A DNA stretch of 64,000 nt from Ranitomeya imitator (lineage: Eukaryota): the NCBI RefSeq assembly GCF_032444005.1, contig NC_091283.1, positions 449,748,001 to 449,812,000 on the forward strand. The letters run 5' to 3'. A program made the translations under genes and the position numbers. The notes beneath the pieces are model-generated. The model saw nothing but the letters and a program-made list of their open reading frames with translations, was not told where the DNA came from and ran no database searches. Each line of letters opens with the position of its first letter. Position 1 is the first letter of the stretch. Shown one piece after another: positions 38,546-50,818 of the stretch.

Positions 38546-41500
38546 TGGCGGCGTTAAGCACCGGAGGTTTTGATAGAGCGGGCGGGAGCACCGGGGTTCC
38601 GCTCCGCCTCCACCAACCTGTAAATCCGGCCGCCCGTATCGAAGAAACATCGCAGAATCTAGGAGCCGGTGCAGAAAGAGCTGAGGTACGAGGGGGTGGG
38701 GCGGACGGAACACCGCTACACACCACACCCCCTCCTCTCAGTGACACCGGGGCCCACACACCCCCTCCTCTCAGTGACACCGGGGCCCACACACCCCCTC
38801 CTCTCAGTGACACCGGGGCCCACACACCCCCTCCTCTCAGTGACACCGGGGCCCACACACCCCCTCCTCTCAGTGACACCGGGGGACACACACCCCCTCC
38901 TCTCAGTGACACCGGGGCCCACACACCCCCTCCTCTCAGTGACACCGGGGCCCACACACCCCCTCCTCTCAGTGACACCGGGGCCCACACACCCCCTCCT
39001 CTCAGTGACACCGGGGGACACACACCCCCTCCTCTCAGTGACACCGGGGCCCACACACCCCCTCCTCTCAGTGACACCGGGGCCCACACACCCCCTCCTC
39101 TCAGTGACACCGGGGCCCACACACCCCCTCCTCTCAGTGACACCGGGGGACACACACCCCCTCCTCTCAGTGACACCGGGGGACACACACCCCCTCCTCT
39201 CAGTGACACCGGGGCCCACACACCCCCTCCTCTCAGTGACACCGGGGCCCACACACCCCCTCCTCTCAGTGACACCGGGGCCCACACACCCCCTCCTCTC
39301 AGTGACACCGGGGGACACACACCCCCTCCTCTCAGTGACACCGGGGCCCACACACCCCCTCCTCTCAGTGACACCGGGGCCCACACACCCCCTCCTCTCA
39401 GTGACACCGGGGCCCACACACCCCCTCCTCTCAGTGACACCGGGGCCCACACACCCCCTCCTCTCAGTGACACCGGGGGACACACACCCCCTCCTCTCAG
39501 TGACACCGGGGCCCACACACCCCCTCCTCTCAGTGACACCGGGGCCCACACACCCCCTCCTCTCAGTGACACCGGGGCCCACACACCCCCTCCTCTCAGT
39601 GACACCGGGGGACACACACCCCCTCCTCTCAGTGACATCGGGGCCCACACACCCCCTCCTCTCAGTGACACCGGGGCCCACACACCCCCTCCTCTCAGTG
39701 ACACCGGGGCCCACACACCCCCTCCTCTCAGTGACACCGGGGGACACACCCCCCCTCCTCTCAGTGACACCGGGGGACACACACCCCCTCCTCTCAGTGA
39801 CACCGGGGGACACACACCCCCTCCTCTCAGTGACACCGGGGGACACACACCCCCTCCTCTCAGTGACACCGGGGCCCACACACCCCCTCCTCTCAGTGAC
39901 ACCGGGGCCCACACACCCCCTCCTCTCAGTGACACCGGGGCCCACACACCCCCTCCTCTCAGTGACACCGGGGGACACACACCCCCTCCTCTCAGTGACA
40001 TCGGGGCCCACACACCCCCTCCTCTCAGTGACACCGGGGCCCACACACCCCCTCCTCTCAGTGACACCGGGGCCCACACACCCCCTCCTCTCAGTGACAC
40101 CGGGGGACACACCCCCCCTCCTCTCAGTGACACCGGGGGACACACACCCCCTCCTCTCAGTGACACCGGGGCCCACACACCCCCTCCTCTCAGTGACACC
40201 GGGGGACACACACCCCCTCCTCTCAGTGACACCGGGGCCCACACACCCCCTCCTCTCAGTGACACCGGGGCCCACACACCCCCTCCTCTCAGTGACACCG
40301 GGGCCCACACACCCCCTCCTCTCAGTGACACCGGGGCCCACACCCCCCCTCCTCTCAGTGACACCGGGGGACACACACCCCCTCCTCTCAGTGACACCGG
40401 GGCCCACACACCCCCTCCTCTCAGTGACACCGGGGCCCACACACCCCCTCCTCTCAGTGACACCGGGGGACACACACCCCCTCCTCTCAGTGACACCGGG
40501 GGCCACACACCCCCTCCTCTCAGTGACATCGGGGCCCACACCCCCCCTCCTCTCAGTGACACCGGGGCCCACACACCCCCTCCTCTCAGTGACACCGGGG
40601 CCCATACACCCCCTCCTCTCAGTGACACCGGGGGACACACACCCCCTCCTCTCAGTGACATCGGGGCCCACACCCCCCCTCCTCTCAGTGACACCGGGGC
40701 CCACACCCCCCCTCCTCTCAGTGACACCGGGGGACACACACCCCCTCCTCTCAGTGACACCGGGGCCCATACACCCCCTCCTCTCAGTGACACCGGGGGA
40801 CACACACCCCCTCCTCTCAGTGACACCGGGGGACACACACCCCCTCCTCTCAGTGTCACCGGGGGCCACACACACCCCCTCCTCTCAGTGACACCGGGGG
40901 ACACACACCCCCTCCTCTCAGTGACACCGGGGGACACACACCCCCTCCTCTCAGTGACACCGGGGCCCACACACCCCCTCCTCTCAGTGACACCGGGGGA
41001 CACACACCCCCTACTCTCAGTGTCACCGGGGGCCACACACACCCCCTCCTCTCAGTGACACCGGGGGACACACACCCCCTCCTCTCAGTGACACCGGGGC
41101 CCACACACCCCCTCCTCTCAGTGACACCGGGGGACACACACCCCCTCCTCTCAGTGACACCGGGGGACACACACCCCCTCCTCTCAGTGACACCGGGGGA
41201 CACACACCCCCTCCTCTCAGTGACACCGGGGGACACACACACCCCCTCCTCTCAGTGACACCGGGGGACACACACACCCCCTCCTCTCAGTGACACCGGG
41301 GGACACACACCCCTTCCTCTCAGTGACACCGGGGGACACACACCCCCTCCTCTCAGTGACACCGGGGGACACACACCCCCTCCTCTCAGTGACACCGGGG
41401 GACACACACCCCCTCCTCTCAGTGACACCGGGGGACACACACCCCCTCCTCTCAGTGTCACCGGGGGCCACACACACCCCTCCTCGTAGTGACCCCTAGC

Positions 41501-44500
41501 ATCACTGGAGATAGCACCCTATATCACCGCACGCCCCATCTGCACAGCAGATTCCTCCCTCCTTGTCACTTCCATCGTCAATGTATTTTCCCAGTGATGT
41601 CATCAGTCCTGCTGAGACCTGTAGTGCCACAAGAGATCTCCGCCAACAACATTGTCAACCGGTTTCCCCAAACACCAAGAAGTGTCCTCAGGTTCCAAGT
41701 GACACTGTGACCGATCGTCTGGCTCAAATAGTGATGGTCACAGTGTCACTTGGAATCTGAGGACTCTTCTTGGTGTTTGGGGAAACTGGTGACAATGTTG
41801 TTGGCGGAGATCTCTTGTGGCACTACAGGTCTCAGCAGGACTGATGCCATCACTGGGTTCACCTTAGATTTCTGTGTCCTCTATGGCACATTGGTCCCAA
41901 TGGCTGATTAGCTTGTGAGCTCCGGGGGACAGATCCCGGTCTAGTATTTCACTTGTTGTCCACCTGGAGCCAGGACAGGATTCGTGAGCAGCGGCCTCTC
42001 CACCTCCTGTATCCCAGAGGCGCCATTCTACAGCTAATGTGTGTGCTTCAGCTCCACGGCTGCCTCATAATCTCTGCACTGTATAGACGTTGTCTCACAG
42101 CTGAGGGTTTGTTAAAATTGTATCTGGCCTACACAATCCTGTGAGCCAAACAGCCTGGGCTCCAGGCCAGGCATCTCCCCTGCACTGATACATTGCCACA
42201 AACTCTCAGCTATCAGAAATACCAAGTCTATGGAGCTTCTCAGTCTCTAGACTTAAAGGAGTCCATTTCCCATTCACTGACCGCAATCAGAGATGGTGAT
42301 ATTAATCTCAGAGTGTTTAAGAATGTGGAACTTTTTATTATGCAGCGATCCCATTTGATGGCCAAATTGAGTTGGTCAACTTTCTCTTTAAAAAAGTGGC
42401 TCAGGCGTACAGATGGGATCATGACACATGACCATGTTGTTTATATTCAGGTTTTTAGAATAGACACTTGCCCCATGCACATTTTGTTTTCATTCCTTCT
42501 CAATTTTTGGGTTCATGATGTAGTACGGCTGTGTATAGGGTCCTGTATGCTCTATATAGGGTGTGAATTTAGTGTACACACCACCTACTCGTCACAACCA
42601 CCTGTGGCCACCAGAGGGCAGCAGAGCAGATGTGTAAATAAGATGGTTGACATTTTTTATTGTCTTCCCCATTTCCAGAGTTACGCTTTTCCATTCTCAC
42701 ATTACTGTTTGACAGATACATTCCAGGGTTGATACGCCCCAAATTAAGCCAGCGGCACAGACCAGTGAATAACCCATGTATGATCTCTCACCTTCAGGTC
42801 TCCGTGTATTACAACAATGTAAGAACATCCTTTCACTTTGGCAAGATGCAGAACACGCCATCTGGGCAGTACCAGGACAGTTTCCATGGAGGCCTGCCGT
42901 ACCCCCGATCAACAGCATCCGGGTCTCAGCCTGTGCAGAACCGAATCCAACCAACATTACCCTCCGTTATTCCTGTCCCTAAACACAGGTGAACGAGGGC
43001 TGCACTCGTGCGCGGTCATTTTTGCACTGTTCCACCTTAATCGCCGGAATAATCTACGTCTATTGCAGGGAAATGTTTACATTCCCTGCTCCCTAACTCT
43101 GCTTTGTGTCTGTGAACAGAAATATCGTTTACTTGTTACCAGTGGGTGAGAAGTTGACTTTGACTCTTGATCACACATCTGTTTTCTCTCCAGGCTTGAT
43201 GAGGCGATCGCAGCAGCCGCTCTGACCAGCCTGTCCTCGGGGCCTTTGGTGCTGCCAGCAGGAACAGGTATCCATATACGTCTATAGCTTTCACGATACA
43301 GGGCAGTAAAGGAGGTGTTCACCCATCTGTGCCCTGCTGCTGAGCTGGGGACTGGCATGGCATGACTACTGCTCTGCAGATTCTCCCGAGTCTTTCTGTA
43401 TTGTCTGGCTGCTGGGTACCTGATGTCTAACATCCATGATCTTTATAAATAGGCTTGTCAAGCAGCACGTTCCTGGGAAAAGATGGTACCTCCGATCTTC
43501 CCTTCTGGTATTTTGTTTAGCCTTTTACCCACGTGACCCCTGCAACCAGACCGAGCAATCATGTGACTGCAAGTATGTAATATGTATGTTTCTGACTACA
43601 TTCCGACTACACGTACACGGCCTTACTCAGTTCACTTGTATTGAGCAAGGCCTCACACGTCTAGTCGGAATGTGGCTGGGAGCATGCATATTGCATACTT
43701 GTGGTTATATGACTGCTTGCTCTCACCATCGGCACCAGAAAATTCTCACAACGCGCAGTGTAAGTTTAGTTTCCATTTAAACCTGCCATCCATGACTTAT
43801 TATACATTTTTGAACTGTTTTGACCCCTTTGATCCTGATTAGTGATGAGTGAATATACTCGTTACTCGACATTTCTCGAGCACGCTCGGGGGTCCTCCGA
43901 GTATTTTTTAGTGCTCGGAGAGTTAGTTTTCCTCACCTCAGCTGAATGATTTACAGCTATTAGCCAGCATAAGTATATGTGGGGGTTGCCTGGTTGCTAG
44001 GGAATCCCCACATGTACTTATGCTGGCTAACAGATGTAAATCATTCAGCTGCTGCAAGAAAATCTAAATCTCCGAGCACTAAAAAATACTCGGAGGACAC
44101 CCGAGCGTGCTCGAGAAATCTCGAGTAACCAGTATATTCGCTCATCACTAATCCTGATGCATTTACAGGATGTCAGAGTGAACAGTGCATGGTGAACGCC
44201 ATCAATTCATCAAGCTCGAGCAGTTCCAACAGCTGTGAACTGTACATGTCCATCCCTTCCACGCCGTCTCCTCCGCTACAGGCCGCACCCTCTTTGGCAT
44301 GTGCCGATGCCGGACTGGAGGACTCTGACACCACTCACTTTTTGTTTGGAGAACCTGTTCCCCGGAAGAGGAAGGTAACGGCACAGAGATATCTTTAATT
44401 CCTCCTCCATTGGTCGATAGTGATTCCGTCACATGATCTTGACATCTACATTCTGTTCCTGCAGAACTCGGGGAGGCTAATGTTCCGCTGTCTCTGGAAG

Positions 44501-47500
44501 AATTGCGAGAAAGTTCTCAGCACATCTGCTGCAATACAGAAGCATATCCGTACTGAACATCTGGGGTGAGTGTGATAACGGGGTGCAGTTTTTATATTGA
44601 GGTTGTCCAGCTGCTCATTCGTAGCAGCCAGTCTTTCAGTCATTCAGGTGAAAGCTTGAAGGGGTCGTACCAGGCTTGGAAGTTTTCCCTTATCCATTAG
44701 ATAGGAGATATCTTTCTGATCATTAAGGATCTGACCACTGATTCCTAGAGCCTTGTGTAAATGGATTGGCTGCCAATCATGTGCACCTCTGCTCCATTCA
44801 TTCTCTATAGGACCACTAGCGATGACCAAGTACAAATTTTGGCTGGTCTTCGGCAATCCCATTAAGAATGAATGAAGCAGAGGTGTGCATGGTCACCCAC
44901 TTCTCCATTCACAGATCAGTCGAGATCTGTTAGGATCCTCGCAATTGGGAAGTTATCCCCTAGCCTCTAAAAAACCCTTATTAAAATATAACCTTTATTA
45001 GGTATATAATAAAATAATGAAATCACAATCCCTAATTATTCAAGTGTAGATAAAGTGCATACATAGTGAAAAAGTGACACACGTAAGAATGTCAGTGGGG
45101 TGCTCTAGCCCTATAACCTTGTACTCATTGTGCACCCCCCAACTGCGGAAAATGGCAACTTATGGAAAATAAAAAATCAAGAAAGGGTGCCCCTGCTAAT
45201 GCGTCGGCTATCCTTGGGCTTAACCAGATATTCCAAAGTAGAGGACAGATAAAGGTCGACAAACCCTATTATGTTATATCTATTCTGGAGGGTATGGAAA
45301 AAGGACATGAACACACAAACCAGCCATCGGTGAGCTGTTTGTTAGCTTGTACAAATACCCTTGATGTCCTATGTAAATCTAGATAATCATGCAACGTCAA
45401 AACCATGCAAGGTTTTTACACAGATTGTGTATTAGCAATGTCCGATGTTACATGTCACATACAGCAAAAAAATGTATTCCCCTCCCAAGAAATCTGCAGA
45501 TATACCGTATCTACATTACAACTGACACTCAAGTCACAGATTTTCCTTAAATTACATTAAAGACCCCCATAGACATTACAAGAAGATGAAGTGGACTCTC
45601 CAATCTTCAAATGAGTATGGGGTCTCCCATACTTTCACCCACAGCTGATATAAGGGGAAATATTGGATTTGATCACTTAATCCCATTGTTCTTAAGGGAG
45701 ATGAACTGTAGTCAGAAGCTGAAGTCGCTAATGGCAGCTTACACCTCTCTCCTTATTAGTTTAGTTGAAGAAGGGGTGGATTAATTTAGTAAATCTCTTC
45801 TCAGTCTGCTCACCTGAAGTTTATGTGCCGCAGACCCCGTGCAGAACCAGAGCACAATGACGGTGAAGAAGACTTCTACTACACCGAGATGGACGTGAAT
45901 GTGGACACGCTGACAGATGGACTGTCCAGTCTGACTCCCACTTCTCCTACCACCATCGGGCCCCCGGCTCCCTTCCTTTGTGCTGGGTCCCTTGGAGCTG
46001 CCAACCACATAGACTTGCCACTGGTATCTCCCCTCAGTCTGTCGGCCCCCAGCACCCTTTGCCACGTGCACTCCGATCACGCCTATCAAGTGAGTACAGC
46101 CTTAGTGGAGATGGCCATTCTGATCTGGGTTTAGCTCCTCTTAAAGTGAAGCACTGGCAGCTGCTATAGGTAAATGTCATCTTATCACACTGCAGGAGCT
46201 CGCCATTTTCCAGCTATGCTGCCATCTTCCTTTATGTGTCCTCACTTCACAATCTCGGACAGAGGTTTCATGGCTTCTCCTCCTGTTCTGCCCACAGGCT
46301 CCTTCACCTGTCAGCGTGTCCTTTACATCGAAGGTCAACTTCACTTGGCAGTCTCCTCCGCCCCTGCTCATCAAAGCCCCTCCAGTAAGTATTGCTTCAA
46401 TAATTAAAAGGGTTTTCCAGCAATAAAACAGATTACATACTCTATATAAAACTTCAAAGCTAAACTAATTAATCTTTTGCAGGGCTTGAGGGTAATGGAG
46501 TACCTGGGTCATTCCCTGCTCCTTATGTACCTGCTCTAGGTATAACATTGTGTACCAGTTCTGTCTGGAGTGACCCTTTAACCATTTAATAACGAGCATC
46601 GTATATTTACGGCACTCGACAGGAGCAGATGAGTGGAGCAGGCTCAAGAGCTGTACCTGCTCCAGTCCTGGCAAATGATGGCTGTGTTATTCAGTCATCC
46701 TCTGACAGCCGCCAGTGAAATGCTGCTCGGCCTGCGGCTGATAACATGTCATGGTAAAAATAAGAAAGTTATGACTCTTTGAAGAAAGGGAGGAAAAAAC
46801 AAAAAAATCGTCCAGTCCTCATAGGGGTTGACCACTACTAGGACAACCCCTTCTTTATCTAAATGTTTGACCCCCGATAAAATAAAAAAGCCTATACTCG
46901 CCTCCCGTGCCAATGCCGTTCCAGCGGTGATGGCACTCGCGGTCCCAGGACTGTTGTGCGGTGTATGGTGCCCGGCGCCCAATCAGCGCTCGCGTCACTG
47001 TCCCCGACTTCCTACGGATTGAACATGAAGAGGAAGTCCGGGCTGGAGCTGATATGACTTCATCTTCATGTTCGATTCGTCCGTAGGCGTGGACAGTGAC
47101 GCCAGCGCTGATTGGGCATGAGGTTCACATGTCATAATAACCGCATTATAGACCCGGGACCGCGAGTGCCGATACCACTAGAATGGCGCCAGCATGGAAG
47201 GTGAGTATAGGCGGTTTTATTTTATTGGGCCCATACATTTAGATCAAGAAGGGGTTGTCCTAGTAGTAGACTTTTAAAGATGGCGATCTCTGCATGTATG
47301 TAAGTCGCATGAACACATAGGCAGACAGACATGGTGGAAATCCGAGTGTGGTGACAGCAGTTGGATGTGCAGAGATTAGAGATGGAGTGACTCCGTTCAC
47401 AGGACCCGATCCAGCGGCCACGTCATTAATCTGTGGCTGTCAGACGGGAGCCCTGCGAACCTCCTCTTTCCTGCCTGTGCAGCAATAGGTTACAGATTTG

Positions 47501-48003
47501 GTCACTGGACCTGGAAATCGATTGCACCAATTGTAGAAGAGACCTACTGGATCCTCCAGGGCATATTATTGCACCATTTTATTTCTTGCCTTTGGCTGTA
47601 GGTTCGACCCACTTTGAATATCAGTGAGAAAAGGCCGCAAATCCTGACCGCCCCACCGAACATAAAGCAAGTGGCCGGGACTCGGTGAGCAGCACAATCT
47701 CCTCCATCTGTGTCTGTTATGTGCAGTCTGGTGTGCCTGTGCCGGCGGCTAATCGATGGTGTGATGTGCCCTGTCATGTGATTGCTGCAGCTGCTCCAGC
47801 AAAATCACGCTTTAAGTGTCCGGCAAGTATCTTAAGGGCATAACAGAGGTCCGCCTCTGATCCAGGCCACGTATTCTTCCCTCTTCCCCAGGAAGCCTCG
47901 TGGGGAAGCAAAGAAATGCCGGAAGGTGTACGGGATGGAACGGAAAGACATGTGGTGCACTGCCTGCCGCTGGAAGAAGGCCTGTCAGAGATTCATGGAC
48001 TGA
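38545..48003 (+). CDS. SLC2A4RG: SLC2A4 regulator / GLUT4 enhancer factor / HDBP1 (416 aa; C2H2 finger plus C-clamp)
   Basis: Exons 38545-38685, 42798-42988, 43194-43267, 44169-44374, 44465-44565, 45834-46089, 46298-46384, 47602-47684, 47892-48003 (sum 1251 nt, phases consistent). Motifs [62 protein letters not shown], and C-clamp [35 protein letters not shown]. Exon 1 is less certain than the rest. Confidence 0.93.
38720..41485. repeat. 33-bp GC-rich minisatellite, about 84 copies, in SLC2A4RG intron 1
   Basis: Unit CACACACCCCCTCCTCTCAGTGACACCGGGGCC, with GGGGGA/GGGGCC variants and occasional ATCGG, GTGTCA and +CA variants. Confidence 0.98.
41590..41857. repeat. Long inverted repeat (~123-bp arms, 23-nt loop), MITE-like
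   Basis: 41590-41712 is reverse-complementary to 41736-41857 with few mismatches; no clear TSD. Confidence 0.9.
43840..44150. mobile_element. hAT-type palindromic MITE in SLC2A4RG intron 3
   Basis: TIR TAGTGATGAG...CTCATCACTA; 8-bp TSD ATCCTGAT (43832-43839, 44151-44158). Confidence 0.9.
46820..47275. mobile_element. Palindromic MITE remnant in SLC2A4RG intron 7
   Basis: CTACTAGGACAACCCCTTC...GAAGGGGTTGTCCTAGTAG inverted arms with internal inverted similarity. Confidence 0.65.
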
Positions 48004-48157
48004 GGGCTGCAGCCGCTAAACCTCAACTGCCCCTAGGGGGCGCAACTGAGCTTTTGAATATTTTTTTTCCGCCCCCCTCCTCTAAAAACTGTTTTATTCC
48101 CAGCCTTTTGTGAAAAGTCCCCGATGATTCAGGACTGTTGTTATACACCCAATATTT

Positions 48158-50541
48158 TTATACATTGACTGCATTTCTTTTTGTATGGTCTGGAGCCCCC
48201 TTTTGGGCTGGACCCCGCCTAGATGGCCATGAGGAGGTTCTTCTCAGGTAACGCGCTGCCGGGTTTCTGAGATTCCTTTTGGTGGACTGTTCAGCGAGTG
48301 AAAGAAGACGAGCTTTATTTTTGATATTATGAGATGAGGAATCGGGTTGTACGGGGCAGGGCTCAGAGAGGAAAGGGGGAGGGGTTGATGTGATTTTTGA
48401 CTGTTTCTTTCTTCCCCATTTTTGTAGGGTGGTCTTAAATTTTTGCTGCACTATGCTTTGCACTTTTTGGAGGCTCTGTGGACATGGAGGGGGCCATAAA
48501 GGCTTATTCATTACTGTCTTGTGGCTCCTACATCTGCAGGTAGGGGAGAAATACTAGAGCTTGGCCACCAGCAGCTGGGAGAATTTAAAGAGGGTACTCA
48601 GCCAGACCCCCAAAGATGACGCTTTTTGTGATCATCCTTGATTACCATGTTGCACAATTAAATATGAAAATGAATATATATATACATACACAGCAGTCAT
48701 TGAGCACTTCTTGGAGAGAAGGATCTGCTTTCATTGCACTCCGGCGCCACTCTGGTCCATGTAGGTTGTGCTTGGTATTGCAGCTCCTCTCCATTTGAGT
48801 GAAAGCAGATGCGCTACAATACCTGACACAACCTGTAGGCAAATGGTGGCGCTGTTTCTGAAATACACGCAGCTTTTTCTTTACAATCCTGCACAGCCTT
48901 GAGGAGAAAAACAAAGATGGCAGCTATCTTCTTCCCCACGCTAAACATTGGAGTTTTCCAGCATAGCCACTGACCGCATATGTGGCCTAGGTGTATGGAG
49001 CCCTTCTTTGCTCTGAGAAATATATTTTATTAATAGGAGTTAATTTAATATTTTTAATGTCCCCCTATAAAGCACGTAAGGAAAGGCAGCTGTGATATTT
49101 CTCCCCTACCTTACAGGAGGAGTGTAATGTAGTGTAACATATAGTATAGAACCCCCTCCATGACCAGTGCAATATAATAGTGTCATACATTTCACTGCCC
49201 CCTCCTGTACCATCTCAGGAACTGCAAGGGATGATAAGTATTGTGCCAGGGCAGAAACGTCCCTGACTTTCCCCAGGAATGCCTAGCACAAGGGACCAGG
49301 ATCCTTTTTTTTTTTTTTTACATCTGTAATGAGCACATGAGGGAGGGTATCGTCTCTCCTTAAATCATTGCCGTCAGTAGGGTAAATGCTGCATAGACGA
49401 AGAAGCTGGTGAAATCAAAGCTTTCCTAAGGGGCACAATTTTGTGATTAGGTTAATGAGATGCCACTAGGGGGTGCTCTGAAGCGGAAAAATAAATCTGT
49501 ATCGTGAGCGCCCTCTAGTGGTGCACAGCCAAAATGTTGCCACTTAGTCAGGGCCAGAAGTTTTGAGACCGATACAAATTTAGTTGTTTGTTGTTTTTTT
49601 TTACAATTTGCAGCTTCAGTGTTTTTTTTCACATTCTAGTCAAATGTTTTTATGGATACTGAAGTACAATTATCAGCACTTCATAAGGTTGTGTCTTTCA
49701 TGATGTCTGCCCTTCTCCATGGCAGCTGGATATCGGCTTCTGGGCCAAATCCTGACTGATGGCCGCCCATTCTTGTCTCATCAGTTCTTAGAGTTTATCC
49801 CAAATTCTGTGGTTTTGTTTGTCCTTTTTGAGGATTGACCACAGGATCTGAATAGGATTGACATCTGGGGAGTTTTCTGGCCATGGATCCAAAATGTCAA
49901 TGTTTTTTTTCGACCGAACCACTTAATTATCACATTTGTCTTGTGACATGGTCTCCATCCTGCTGGAAAAAGCATTGTCCATCCCCAAATTGCTCCTGGA
50001 TGGTTGGGAGAAGTTACTCTTGGAGGATGTTAGATCCCATTCTATATTCATGGCCGTGTTCAATTGTGAGTGACCCCCTCCATGGATGAGAAGCCCCCTC
50101 ACATGAATGGTCTCAGGATGCCTTACTGTGGGCAGATACAGGACTCATGGTAGCGCTCACCTTTCCTTGTCCGGACACTCATTTCACCAGTCTGAAGGGG
50201 GCTTTATCAAGGAGAGTCATTTTGCAGGAAGTACAGGGATTGCACTGCCGAGACCTTGGGTAAAGTAATATTCTCGGATCTCAGTCAGAACTTGGGGTCA
50301 ATCCTCAAAAAGCAAGAGGACCAAGAAAGCCACACCACAGAATTTGGGATAAACTCCACGCACTTATGAGCCAAGAATGGGCGGTCATCAGTAAGGATTT
50401 GGCCTATTCACCGATATCGGCTGTCAGGGCGAGGGGCAGACGTCAGGTTTTGTGAAAACCAAAATTTGTGTCAATCTCAAAAGCTTTTGGCCACATCTGT
50501 ACTATGTGGCAGAAGATTTGGCGCTCTGTTTCAGAAAGCAT
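48158..50541 (-). CDS. Candidate unannotated gene, basic ~203-aa protein of unknown function
   Basis: Proposed exons 50541-50503, 49405-49322, 49012-48975, 48897-48823, 48533-48158 (sum 612 nt, phases 0/0/2/2, all GT-AG). AATAAA on the minus strand 60 nt after the stop (48093-48098); X-box and CCAAT upstream. No recognisable homology. Confidence 0.55.
49547..50499 (-). mobile_element. Decayed, internally deleted Tc1 element
   Basis: TA at 49545-49546 and 50500-50501. Degenerate TIRs (GTCAGGGCCAGAAGTTTTGAGA / CAGATGTGGCCAAAAGCTTTTGAGA) with inverted similarity over ~250 bp; transposase remnant at 49781-49975. Confidence 0.8.
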
Positions 50542-50729
50542 CTCTAACCCCTATAAAAAAAAAAATCTATCAATCATCACGTAATTGTGACCCTGTCTAG
50601 CTATTAGAGAACACAACGATAGGCGCACTTTAATCCAGCGGGTGCAAGTATTTGCGATGGCGGTGCTGACGGTGACCGGCGGTCAGGCCATTGTCTAAGT
50701 GTAGCTTGAGAATTGATAGCAGTGATCTG

Positions 50730-50818
50730 ATTGGTCGGTGTGTGTGTAGAATCTTCACTTTTCGGTCGCACTTGTTAATAATTATCATAATGAGCGCATT
50801 GTCTGTTGCTATGGCAAC
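50730..50818 (-). promoter_or_regulatory. RFX X-box plus CCAAT in a small CpG-rich patch
   Basis: GTTGCTATGGCAAC 50805-50818 (near-perfect palindromic X-box); ATTGG 50730-50734; CpG cluster at 50615-50770. Confidence 0.55.

Noticed and set aside
38175-41499. Very long ORFs (955, 852, 740 and 719 aa) across the 33-bp array, one in frame with the SLC2A4RG ATG
   Set aside because: They arise from a stop-free 33-bp unit. Exon 1 has a good donor at 38685 in phase with exon 2, so the array is intronic. A ([11 protein letters not shown])n product would need intron retention, for which there is no evidence.
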